From NCBI GenBank assembly GCA_963732385.1, contig CAVSZB010000007.1, forward strand, positions 768,001 to 832,000: a stretch of 64,000 nt of DNA, given 5' to 3'. This document shows positions 17,551 through 26,834 of this stretch, piece by piece. The translations under genes and the position numbers were made by a program. Source of the DNA: an uncultured bacterium. GTDB taxonomy: Bacteria; Krumholzibacteriota; Krumholzibacteriia; LZORAL124-64-63. Positions within the stretch are counted from its first letter, which is position 1; the number at the start of each line of letters is the position of its first letter. The notes under the pieces were generated by a model, which saw only the letters and a program-made list of their open reading frames with translations, did not search any database and had not been told where the DNA came from.

Positions 17551-18981
17551 ATGTGCGAGAAGAATCCGGACGTTGCGGGCCAGACCGCGCGCGGGGTCGA
17601 CAAGGCGCTGCGACACGCGCTGCATGCGCTCAGCCACGCTCACTGCGCGGCCGTAATCTGTTTCGCGGAGATCCTGGCGCGGCGTCTCTACCGCGAGTTG
17701 GGGTACTCCTCCATCCACCATTATGCCGCGAATGCGCTCGGCTTCTCGCCCAGCCGCACCGCCCAGTTCCTGCGCCTCGCGGAATCTCTGAACCGGTTGC
17801 CGCTGCTGCGCGCCGCCGTGCTGAACGGCCAGCTCGGCTGGACCAAGGCGGTCATCGTGGCGGACATCGCCACGGAACGTACCGAAGCGGTCTGGCTGGC
17901 TGAGGCCCAGCGGCTGTGCCGCCCCGACCTGGCTCGCCGCGCCACCCTGGCCCGCGCCCGCGCCCGCGAGGCGGCCTCGGCGCAGACGCTGGAATTCTCC
18001 ACGCGGGAAACTCCGCTCCCCCCGTGTCCGCCCGCGCCACCAGCGCCGCCGCTGATCGATCCGGCGCCTTCACCCGCGACCCTGTCCGCACACGCCTCGC
18101 CTTGCGCCGCCGGTGCAACCTCCCGCCCGGCCGGTTCGCCGACCGCCGCGCTGACGACTGCAACGAGCGCCCCGATGACCCGTCCTCCGGCAGACGGCGC
18201 CCCGCCCTCCCGGTGGGCCCTTTTCGGCCACGGCGGGGCGGATCCCGCCGGCGATCCTCCCCCCGCCGGCCCCCTGCATGTGACCCTGAGCTTCACGCCG
18301 GCCCAGTACGCGCGCTGGGCGGCGCAGATCGAGCGGGCGCGCAAACTGGCCGTGCGCGGCTCGCGTGTCGTGCCGGGCGCTTCGAGTCGCGAGGAGTTGC
18401 TGCTGGCCGCGCTCGAAGAGTTGATCGCGGCGGCGGGGCGCGATTTGGCGCCGGTCCGACCGGTCGGCACGGGTGGCCCGCCCGGGGCCACCCGCTCCGC
18501 GACCGTGGGTGCCGACGACGACTCCGGGCACGCCGCCGTCGTCGTCACCGCCGCCGACCCCTCACGCGGGCATCACGGACCACCCTATCAGATCATTTTG
18601 TTCCGCTGCGAGAGGTGTGGCGGGACCCGCATCCAGACGCCTCTCGGCGCCCGGACGCTGTCACGTCCGACCGCCGAGGCCGCCGCCTGCGATGCGCGCG
18701 TGCTTACTCCGGAGGGGCGCAACGAGACGACCGTTGCGCCGGCGGTGCGGCGCGCCGTGCTGGTGCGCGACGGATACCGCTGCCGCGCGCCGGGGTGCAC
18801 GGGCACCCGTTTCCTGGAGGTGCATCACCGCGTGCCACGCGCCCGGGGCGGGACGAACCGGCCGGACAACCTCGTCACCCTGTGCGCCGCGTGCCATCGC
18901 CTGCGGCACGAGCTGCACGCCCCCGAGACCCCTGACACCCCGCAGGCCCGGGCGGCCCCGCACGGAAGCGGGGCGGCCTAG
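17551..18981 (+). CDS. HNH endonuclease with DUF222-like helical N-terminus
   Basis: RRAVLVRDGYRCRAPGC...EVHHRVPRARGGTNRPDNLVTLCAACHRLRH; N-terminus LYRELGYSSIHHYA...GQLGWTKA; internal CxxC; Pro/Ala linker. Confidence 0.88.
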   Translation: MCEKNPDVAGQTARGVDKALRHALHALSHAHCAAVICFAEILARRLYRELGYSSIHHYAANALGFSPSRTAQFLRLAESLNRLPLLRAAVLNGQLGWTKAVIVADIATERTEAVWLAEAQRLCRPDLARRATLARARAREAASAQTLEFSTRETPLPPCPPAPPAPPLIDPAPSPATLSAHASPCAAGATSRPAGSPTAALTTATSAPMTRPPADGAPPSRWALFGHGGADPAGDPPPAGPLHVTLSFTPAQYARWAAQIERARKLAVRGSRVVPGASSREELLLAALEELIAAAGRDLAPVRPVGTGGPPGATRSATVGADDDSGHAAVVVTAADPSRGHHGPPYQIILFRCERCGGTRIQTPLGARTLSRPTAEAAACDARVLTPEGRNETTVAPAVRRAVLVRDGYRCRAPGCTGTRFLEVHHRVPRARGGTNRPDNLVTLCAACHRLRHELHAPETPDTPQARAAPHGSGAA

Positions 18982-21404
18982 CGCACCAGCGTCACCTTCA
19001 CCCACGCACGCGTTCCACCGGCCGTGGCCTGCACGTGGTAGACCCCCGAGGCGCAGGAGGCGCCGTGGTTGTCGCTTCCGTCCCAGCGGATCGAGCCGGC
19101 GCCGGCGGGACGGTTCGTCGACAACAGCGTGCGAACGCGGCGACCGACGAGATCGAACACCTCGATCACCACCGGTCCGGCGACCGGATTGAAGAAGCAG
19201 ATGGTGGTCGCCGGATTGAACGGGTTGGGGAAACCGCCAACGCTCAGAGGTCCCGGCGTATCGCCAACGGCGGTCAGATTGGCCAGCGCGAAGACGGCGC
19301 TCGTATCCGCGGCGGCATTTCCGGCGGCATCGCGCGCGCGGACGAGCAGCCGGCAACGCTCGGAGAACTGGCGGGGCAAGGTCCAGTCGTAGCGACCGCT
19401 ATTGTCCAGTCCGGTCGCCACAGTGTCGGCCCAGGAGGCGCCGTCATCCGTGGACAACAACAGGTCGACGGCGGTCACGCCGATATTGTCGGCGGCCGAC
19501 CAGGTCACGACGGCAACGCCGCCGCTGGCCCAGACCTCTCCCCCGACCGGCGCACTCACCTGCACGCCGGGTGGGGACTGGTCCGTGAGGGCGAAGACCG
19601 CGTTCGAGAGGTCCGAGCCGGCGTTGCCCGCAGCGTCGAGAGCCACCGCCCGTACGCGCAGACTCGCGGCCGGCAGAGCCGGCGTCTGCCACACCCAGGC
19701 GCCGGTGTTGGCCAGCCCGTCGGCGAGCGTCTCGGGCCAGGTCACGCCGCCGTCGCGGCTCAGTTGCAGGCGCACCGCGACCACGCCCCACGCGTCGCTG
19801 GCGCTCCAGAGGATGGTCCGTGAAGCGGCGGTGGGCCAGGTTTCGCCACCGTTGGGCGCCAGCAGGGTCACGGCCGGCGCCATCTGGTCGACGGCCGGCA
19901 CACCCACCTCAACGAACGGACTGACCGTGGCGGCGGCGAGCGGAATCTCCTTCACGATGACTCGCGTGGCGGAGCCGTCATTCGCCCGGCTCGACGGCAG
20001 GCTTGCGTTGTCGAACCTGGTGCGGCCGGCGCTGCCGGGCCAGGGGTCGCCGGCGTCGCCGCGGTCGCGGCCGAGCGCCAGATCCTCGAGGCCGTCGGCC
20101 TGTTCCAGCGCCACGCCATAGACCGGGCCGGCGTTGACCTTGTTTTCGGCCCAGCCCGCGGCGATCACGTCCTCGTCCACGTGCCAGACCAGCAGGCCGG
20201 CGCCCGGCAGGTTGGCGTCGTTGAGCACGCGCTGCCGGTTTTCGACGAGGAAGTACTGCGGCGCGGTCCTGCCCCCGTCCCAGATGCGCCGGGCCAGCGC
20301 GTTCTGCTCGACGGTCGGAAAATCGTAGGGGCCGTCCTCGCTTACCGTCTGGGGCGTGATCCAGCCGAGGTACGCCTTGCTCCAGGCGCACATCTGGACC
20401 GGCACGGCGGGTGAGCGACCGTCGCCGCCCCACGAGCCACCGCTCATGAGGCACCAGTTGCCGGCGCCCTGCCCGCCCCCGTCGGTGTCGTACAGGTCGG
20501 GCAGGCCGAGGGCGTGACCGTATTCGTGACAGAAGACGCCGATCTCGATCAGTCCGCCGCCGCACGACAACTCCGGCTGGATGATGTAGTCATCCACCTT
20601 CAGATAGCCGCCGCCGGTACGCGGGGTGCGGGTGCTGTAGGCGGTCGTGCCCCAGCCGCGGAGCGAGAAGCTGTGGCTCCAGATCGCGTTGTTGCCGCCG
20701 CATTCGCCCCCTTTGCCCGAGTGCACGATGATCACCGAATCGACGTAGCCGTCGTCGTCGCCCGAGTTGGGCACGCCGTCCGGTCCGTCGTTGTCATAGC
20801 CGCTCCAGTTGACCCCGCCGGCGTCCGCAAGGGCGACGAGCTGGCGCACGAAACCGCCTGCGCACGCGGGATACGAACAGAGACCGTTGCAGCCGGCAGC
20901 GCCTTCGTAATAGGTCATGGGGTTGGGCAGCCGGTACCACCCGAAGACGTTGCCGGTGACAGCGAACTGCCCGTAGGAGACCTGAGCGTAGTAGTCGGTC
21001 ATGCTGCCGGTCGGCCAGCTGCCGAACAGTTCGGCCGCGAAAGAGGCGGTCGTCTGGACGCCGAGACGATCGGACGTATCGCCGAGCAGGACCGGGAGCC
21101 GGCGGGTGCCGGCCGCTTTCGCGGCGGCGCCATCGACCGGAGCCTGCGCGTCCACCCCCTTCTCCTCCAGTCCGAAGCGGGGTTTCATGATCGGCCGGCT
21201 CGACCGGCCGAAGCCGGCGGCACGCAGGGCGGGCGGGATCGGCACAACCAGAACGCCGGAGCCGGGCGCCGGCGGCACCACGGCGCGGGCGGGAGGGGCG
21301 CCGGCGGATATCAGCACCGAGGCGAGGACGGCCCCGCCGACCGTGAGGCGCCACGATGAGGCGTTTCTCCAGACGAACCGGCAAAATGAGAACCGACGTG
21401 ACAT
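18978..21404 (-). CDS. M6 (immune inhibitor A) family metalloprotease with two Ig-like repeats and FlgD-Ig/T9SS-like C-terminal domain
   Basis: HEYGHALGLPDLYD, WCLMSGGSW, YFLVENRQ, two P(N/V)GGE-W repeats, PNPFNP...WDG...SGVY. GGAGG RBS before ATG 21404. Confidence 0.93.
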   Translation of the reverse strand: MSRRFSFCRFVWRNASSWRLTVGGAVLASVLISAGAPPARAVVPPAPGSGVLVVPIPPALRAAGFGRSSRPIMKPRFGLEEKGVDAQAPVDGAAAKAAGTRRLPVLLGDTSDRLGVQTTASFAAELFGSWPTGSMTDYYAQVSYGQFAVTGNVFGWYRLPNPMTYYEGAAGCNGLCSYPACAGGFVRQLVALADAGGVNWSGYDNDGPDGVPNSGDDDGYVDSVIIVHSGKGGECGGNNAIWSHSFSLRGWGTTAYSTRTPRTGGGYLKVDDYIIQPELSCGGGLIEIGVFCHEYGHALGLPDLYDTDGGGQGAGNWCLMSGGSWGGDGRSPAVPVQMCAWSKAYLGWITPQTVSEDGPYDFPTVEQNALARRIWDGGRTAPQYFLVENRQRVLNDANLPGAGLLVWHVDEDVIAAGWAENKVNAGPVYGVALEQADGLEDLALGRDRGDAGDPWPGSAGRTRFDNASLPSSRANDGSATRVIVKEIPLAAATVSPFVEVGVPAVDQMAPAVTLLAPNGGETWPTAASRTILWSASDAWGVVAVRLQLSRDGGVTWPETLADGLANTGAWVWQTPALPAASLRVRAVALDAAGNAGSDLSNAVFALTDQSPPGVQVSAPVGGEVWASGGVAVVTWSAADNIGVTAVDLLLSTDDGASWADTVATGLDNSGRYDWTLPRQFSERCRLLVRARDAAGNAAADTSAVFALANLTAVGDTPGPLSVGGFPNPFNPATTICFFNPVAGPVVIEVFDLVGRRVRTLLSTNRPAGAGSIRWDGSDNHGASCASGVYHVQATAGGTRAWVKVTLVR

Positions 21405-21566
21405 CCGGACACCTCCGCTGCAGATGCTGCATTCCCAAGCTGTTGGCAGCGTCCGGCCGGCGGCCCAAACGGCCCCCCGCGTAACTGCAGGAAGGGGAGT
21501 ATCAGGAAGCATGCCACGCGGTGATCGCCGCGGCGTGCAGAGCGACACCAGCGGCGATGCGCCGGC

Positions 21567-23768
21567 TCAGGAGGCCGGACGCAGGTGGGCGTAGCGGGCG
21601 AGCAGATGGCGGCGGCCGTGGGAAGGAAAATCGATCGTGACCAGCAGGTCGTCGCCCTCCCCCTCCACGCGGGCGACCACTCCGGCGCCGAGGGTGGGGT
21701 GGGCGACGGCGCGGCCGGCCTGCAGCCAGGCCACCTCGGAACCGCCCGCGTCGCTCCGGTACACCGCGCCGCCGGCGAAGGGCCGCCGGGGAGCCACGGT
21801 GGCGGCGCGCTCGAGGTAGTCCGCCAGGCCCGATTCGCGCACGTGATACGCCTCGCCCCCGTGCTCGAGCAGCTCGGCGGGGATTTCGGCCAGGAATCGC
21901 GACGGCTCGCTCAGTTCGCGCTGGCCCGCGCGCCGGCGCGCCCGGGCCTGCACAAGATGCACCTGCCGGCGCGCGCGCGTGAGCGCGACGTAGAACAGGC
22001 GCCGTTCCTCCTCCAGCCCCCGCTCGTCGGTGGCGCTGTTGGCGTGCGGCAGCAGCCCCTCCTCGCAACCGGTGAGGATGACGACCGGGAACTCCAGCCC
22101 TTTGGCCGTGTGGATGGTCATCAGCCGCACCACCCCCTCCTCGTCGGCGACCGCGTCGGTGTCGGCCACCAGCGCGGTCTGTTCGAGGAAACCGGCCAGA
22201 CGGCCCCCCTCCGTCGCCTCCACGAACGCCTGGGCGGCGTTGACCAGTTCACCCACGTTCTCGAGGCGCCCCTCGGCGGTGGACGGATCGTCGGTGACGA
22301 GCCACTCCCGGTAGCCGGTCTCGATCATGATGCGCTCGAGCAGGGCCGGCAGCGGGGTGGCCGCTTCGGCGGCGCGCCACTCGTCCATCTGGCCGAAAAA
22401 GGCACGCACCCGCCGGCAGGCGGCGGCCGGCAGCGATTCCTCGAGCAGGCCGGGCTGCGCGGCCACCTCGGCGAGCGTCAGATCGGCGGCGTCGGCCAAC
22501 TCGCGCAGGCGGGCGGCGGTCGTGTCGCCGATCTTGCGGCGCGGCACGTTGAGCACGCGGAGCGCCGCGACGGCGTCGCGCGGGTTGGCGATGAACTTCA
22601 GGTAGGCGATCAGGTCGCGCACTTCGCGGCGCTCGTAGAAATGGGTGCCGCCGACGATCTGGTACGGAATGACGGCGCGCCGCAGGGCATCCTCGAGGGC
22701 GCGCGACTGGGCGTTGGTCCGATACAGCACGGTGACGTCCCCGCGCGAGCCGCCGGCGCGCACGATGTCCACGACGCGTGCCGCCTCGTCCTCCTCGTCG
22801 AGCACATGGTCGAGACGCAGCGGGTCGCCGCACGGGTCGGCGGTCCAGAGGGTCTTGCCCTTGCGACGCCGGTTATGCGCGATGACGGCGTTGGCCGCGG
22901 CGAGGATGTTGCCGCTGCTGCGGTAGTTCTGCTCCAGGCGGATGAGTCGCGTGCCGGGGAACACCTGCTCGAACTCGAGCATGTTCTCGATGCAGGCGCC
23001 GCGCCAGCCGTAGATCGACTGGTCGTCGTCGCCGACCACGAACACGTTGCCATGGTGCTGCGCGAGCGCCTTGACCAGGACCATCTGCAGACGATTCGTG
23101 TCCTGGAACTCGTCCACCAGCACGTGCCGGAAACGGCGCGACCACTTCTGCTGGACCGGCGAGCCGGGCGCGAGGAGCTCGACCGTGCGCAGGATCAGGT
23201 CGTCGAAGTCGAGCGCGTCGGCCTTGCGCAGTTCCGCCTCGTACGTCCTGTAAACCTGCGCGCAGCGCTCCTCGCGCAGGTCGATCGCCTGCTGCGCCGC
23301 CTCGGCCGCCAGAAGGCCGTCGTTCTTCCAGCGGCTCACCCGCGCGCGGACGGCGTTCGGCGGCATCGTCTGCGTGTCGAGGCGCGCGCGCTCCATCGCC
23401 CGCTTGACGACCCGCAGGCTGTCGTCGGAATCGTAGATGGTGAACCCGGGCGGCACGCCGATGGCGGCTCCGTCTATCCGCAGGAGCTTCGCGCCGGTGG
23501 CATGGAAGGTGCCCATCCAGCGCGGCGCCGCGCCCGGCCCCACCAGATGTTCCACGCGTTCGCGCATCTCGCGGGCGGCGCGGTTGGTGAAGGTGAAGGC
23601 GAGCAGTTCGCCCGGCGCAACCCCCCTCCGACCGAGCAGCCAGGCCACGCGGGTGGTAAGGACGCGGGTCTTGCCGCTGCCGGCGCCGGCCACGACGAGC
23701 ACCGGACCGTCCGCGGCCTCGACCGCCGCGCGCTGGGCGGGATTCAGGTCAGCGGGAAGTTCATGCAT
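21567..23768 (-). CDS. uvrD: UvrD/PcrA superfamily 1 DNA helicase
   Basis: LNPAQ, AGAGSGKT, DEFQDTN, GDDDQSIYGWRGA, TIHTAKGLEF, EERRLFYVALTRA; C-terminal Tudor-like HPTLGAG. Confidence 0.95.
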   Translation of the reverse strand: MHELPADLNPAQRAAVEAADGPVLVVAGAGSGKTRVLTTRVAWLLGRRGVAPGELLAFTFTNRAAREMRERVEHLVGPGAAPRWMGTFHATGAKLLRIDGAAIGVPPGFTIYDSDDSLRVVKRAMERARLDTQTMPPNAVRARVSRWKNDGLLAAEAAQQAIDLREERCAQVYRTYEAELRKADALDFDDLILRTVELLAPGSPVQQKWSRRFRHVLVDEFQDTNRLQMVLVKALAQHHGNVFVVGDDDQSIYGWRGACIENMLEFEQVFPGTRLIRLEQNYRSSGNILAAANAVIAHNRRRKGKTLWTADPCGDPLRLDHVLDEEDEAARVVDIVRAGGSRGDVTVLYRTNAQSRALEDALRRAVIPYQIVGGTHFYERREVRDLIAYLKFIANPRDAVAALRVLNVPRRKIGDTTAARLRELADAADLTLAEVAAQPGLLEESLPAAACRRVRAFFGQMDEWRAAEAATPLPALLERIMIETGYREWLVTDDPSTAEGRLENVGELVNAAQAFVEATEGGRLAGFLEQTALVADTDAVADEEGVVRLMTIHTAKGLEFPVVILTGCEEGLLPHANSATDERGLEEERRLFYVALTRARRQVHLVQARARRRAGQRELSEPSRFLAEIPAELLEHGGEAYHVRESGLADYLERAATVAPRRPFAGGAVYRSDAGGSEVAWLQAGRAVAHPTLGAGVVARVEGEGDDLLVTIDFPSHGRRHLLARYAHLRPAS

Positions 23769-23769
23769 G

Positions 23770-26700
23770 TCAGAATTCTGGTCCGATGCTGAAGTGAAAC
23801 ACGGGATCCTGACTGTGACGCAGGTCGGTCTTCCAGGCCCAATCGAGACGCACCGGCAGGAAAAACAGCCGGGTGCGCAGGCCGATGCCGTAGTCGCCCC
23901 GCAGGTCGCGCAGCGCCTGCCGGCCCTGATCGTCGGCGCCGAACATGCGCAGCGGGCCGTTCCAGGCGGCGCCGACATCGAAGAACAGCGTGGCGCCGAA
24001 GTTAGTCAGTCCCCAGCGTCCGGGCCAGCCGAAGATGAGATAATCGATCAGCGGCAGTCGGTACTCGACGTTCATCAGGCACATCCGCGAGCCACTCAGT
24101 CCAAGCACGGTTTCGAAGTCGTAGATGTTGTAACCCCGCAGCGTCGAGGGGCCGCCCAGCACGAACGCCCGCGGATCCCGCCCCTCGCTGGCGGCGCCGA
24201 TCAGGCGCAGGGCGAAGGTGTTGCGACGGAAAGGCATCCAGTAGCGGCGCAGGTCGGCCACGACCGTGCGGCGATCGAGCGCGTCGCCGCTGAGCGGCAG
24301 CGACGGTGCGAAGGAGAGGAAGGCGCGACTGCCGACGACCGGGCCGAACGGGCCGAAGAACGCGGAATCGTGCACGAACGACAGGCTCGGCTGCGCCAGC
24401 GTGACGGTGCGCTGGTCGTACGGCACGAGGTAGAACCCGGTGGCATCGGGTGCGTAGAGCGTGCGCTCGGATCGGAACAGCTCGAGTTGCAGGTCGAAGC
24501 GGCGGAACGTGCTGAGCGGGTAGCTGGCCACCCCGTACAACCCGTAGTTGCGCTCGCTGAAGAACGTGTCGTCGGGCAGCAGTTCGCCCACGGTCGTAAA
24601 GACCGAGCTGTAGTAGTTCTTGTAGTGGAAGACACCGCAGCCGAGGTTGACACGGCGCCGGAGATAGGTGTAGGAGGCCGCCAGATCGCTGTTGCTGAGC
24701 GACCCGTAGAAGTTCAGCAGCAGCGAGAGCCGGTTGTCGCCCATCAGATCGCTGAGGGTGATGACGTTGGCCACGCCCAGGCCGATGGCCGAGTTGTAGT
24801 ACACGCCGCCCCCGCCGAAACCGGAACTCGGCTCGATGGAGAGCCGCGGATGGTAGGGCTCGATCAGTCCCACCCGCTGCGCGTCCGCCACGGTGTCGGG
24901 CGGCGCCTTGCGGGTGACGAGCGCCGGCAGTTCCTGCGTCACCGCGCGCGGCGACGAGCCGGTGGGCGTGCGCAATGCGAACCGGGCGCGGAAATCGTCG
25001 GCCGCGTACAGATCGTAGCCGCCGGCGTGGAAGCCGGTGAAGACCAGCCGATCGGCCCCCGCCGCATAAGCCGGCTGGAAGAGGCCGCCGAGCACGTTGG
25101 TCAACCGCCGTTCCTGCGCCACGGCGCTGCCGGCGTCGTCGAGCGTGACGAGCGACAGGTTGGCGATTCCCGTCGACTCGTCCACCACGCAGAGGGTGCG
25201 CTCGTCGATCCAGACGGGGTCGCGGCGCCCGCCCGCCGCCGCGTGGAGCGTGCTGCGCTCGCCCGTGGCCGGGTCGAGCAGCACCAGACTGCCGTCGTCC
25301 GGCCCGTCCGCGTCGCGCGGGCGGGCCCAGAGCAGCCGGCGCTGCCCGTTGGCGCCCGTTTCGAATTCGAAGTCCAGTTCGGCGCGCGGATTGAACGCGA
25401 AGGCGAGCCGCCGGCCGTCGGGCGACCAGGCCGGGGTCCCTTCGTCGCCCACGTCGTCGGTCAGCCGGGTCAGCAGCAGGCCGTCCGCCAGCGTAATCGC
25501 CGAGCCGGCCGTCCCGCCGCAGATCGGCAGGCCCGGCTCGAGATCGAGCAGCCAGAGATCGGTGCGGCCGTGCAGCGTGCCGACGAGCGCCAGCCGCCGA
25601 CCGTCGGGCGACCAGGCGGGCGAAGCGGCGCCGTCGAGCCCCAGACGCACGGAGCGGGTGACCGCGCCCGACTCCACGTCCACCGTCAGCAGCCGTTCCT
25701 CGTTGCCGCTGCGGGCCACGAACGCCACCTCGCGGCCGGTCGGATCGAAACCGAGGCTGCTGCTGAAGCCGTGCAGGGATTCGAACCGGCTCGAACGCTG
25801 GCCCTGCGCGAGGCGACGCAGCACCCGGCCGTCGAGTGCCGACATCAGGTACAGGCTGATCAGCCCGTCGCGGTCGGCGAGATAGGCGATCCGCTCCCCG
25901 TCCGGCGAGATCGCGGGGCGGGCGTTGAAGAAACCGGCGCCGTGCTCATGGTCGGTCAGGGGGCGCGCGATCTCGGCCGCCGTCTCGAGGTCGGCATAAC
26001 TGGGCCAGTAGCGCCGGCGCAGCGTCCTGGCGTAGAGCTCATCGAGGTCCCGCAGACGCAGGCCGAGCGTCTGCGACAGCGCGTGGTCCACGCTGCGCGA
26101 GCGCCCCACGCGCCGCCACAGGTCGACCAGCTTCTCCTCGCCGTAGCGCTCGGAGATCAGCCGCATGGCCGCCTGTCCCTGTTTGTAGACCTGGTAGCCG
26201 CCGACCTGGTCGAGCGGCAGCAGGTAATCGTTGATCGTGGCGTCGCGCACGAACATGTCGGCATTGGCGTCCCAGCCCGAGGAGAACCACTCCGCGATCC
26301 CCTCGGCGTACCACAGGGGAATGCTGAAGAACGGGCGGCGCGCGGTGGCGGCACGCGAAGAGCCGAACGCCACGTCGAACATGAACACGTGAACCAGTTC
26401 GTGCCGGATGACGTGGACGAAATCCTCGTGCGAACCGCTGTACGGCAGCACCATGCGGTTGCGGTACGGCTCGCTGAACCCCCCCGTCCCTTCGCCAATC
26501 AGATCGTCGGCCACGTTGGTCTGCGCAAAATCGCTGTGGGAGGCGTAGAGGATGAACGGCACGCGCCGGGCCAGTTCGTGGTCGAGACGGTCCGCATATT
26601 CGCGGTAGGCCTGTTCGGCGATCAGGCTCGCCCTGACCGCCAGTTCCTCAGCCCCCGCGTAGTGGTGGATCTCGAAATGCGGCGTGATGAGGACCCGCCA

Positions 26701-26826
26701 GTCATGGGTCCGTGTCTGCACCTTGTTGCGGCCGAACGCGAGCGCCGGCGGCGGCGCTGCCGCCAGCCCGATCAGGGCGAAGGCGAGCGACAGCAGGGCG
26801 GCGCGCAAAGGGCAGCGAAACATCAT
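23770..26826 (-). CDS. Omp85-family protein with N-terminal HExxH peptidase-like domain and TolB/PD40 beta-propeller
   Basis: Signal peptide; FGRNKVQ; HELVH...WYAEGIAE; repeated PAWSPDG; barrel with LRGY motif and terminal Phe. Confidence 0.85.
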   Translation of the reverse strand: MMFRCPLRAALLSLAFALIGLAAAPPPALAFGRNKVQTRTHDWRVLITPHFEIHHYAGAEELAVRASLIAEQAYREYADRLDHELARRVPFILYASHSDFAQTNVADDLIGEGTGGFSEPYRNRMVLPYSGSHEDFVHVIRHELVHVFMFDVAFGSSRAATARRPFFSIPLWYAEGIAEWFSSGWDANADMFVRDATINDYLLPLDQVGGYQVYKQGQAAMRLISERYGEEKLVDLWRRVGRSRSVDHALSQTLGLRLRDLDELYARTLRRRYWPSYADLETAAEIARPLTDHEHGAGFFNARPAISPDGERIAYLADRDGLISLYLMSALDGRVLRRLAQGQRSSRFESLHGFSSSLGFDPTGREVAFVARSGNEERLLTVDVESGAVTRSVRLGLDGAASPAWSPDGRRLALVGTLHGRTDLWLLDLEPGLPICGGTAGSAITLADGLLLTRLTDDVGDEGTPAWSPDGRRLAFAFNPRAELDFEFETGANGQRRLLWARPRDADGPDDGSLVLLDPATGERSTLHAAAGGRRDPVWIDERTLCVVDESTGIANLSLVTLDDAGSAVAQERRLTNVLGGLFQPAYAAGADRLVFTGFHAGGYDLYAADDFRARFALRTPTGSSPRAVTQELPALVTRKAPPDTVADAQRVGLIEPYHPRLSIEPSSGFGGGGVYYNSAIGLGVANVITLSDLMGDNRLSLLLNFYGSLSNSDLAASYTYLRRRVNLGCGVFHYKNYYSSVFTTVGELLPDDTFFSERNYGLYGVASYPLSTFRRFDLQLELFRSERTLYAPDATGFYLVPYDQRTVTLAQPSLSFVHDSAFFGPFGPVVGSRAFLSFAPSLPLSGDALDRRTVVADLRRYWMPFRRNTFALRLIGAASEGRDPRAFVLGGPSTLRGYNIYDFETVLGLSGSRMCLMNVEYRLPLIDYLIFGWPGRWGLTNFGATLFFDVGAAWNGPLRMFGADDQGRQALRDLRGDYGIGLRTRLFFLPVRLDWAWKTDLRHSQDPVFHFSIGPEF

Positions 26827-26834
26827 CGGCGATC

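Noticed and set aside
21495..21520. Possible sigma54 promoter (TGGCAT...) upstream of the M6 protease
   Set aside because: The required GC at -12 is missing.
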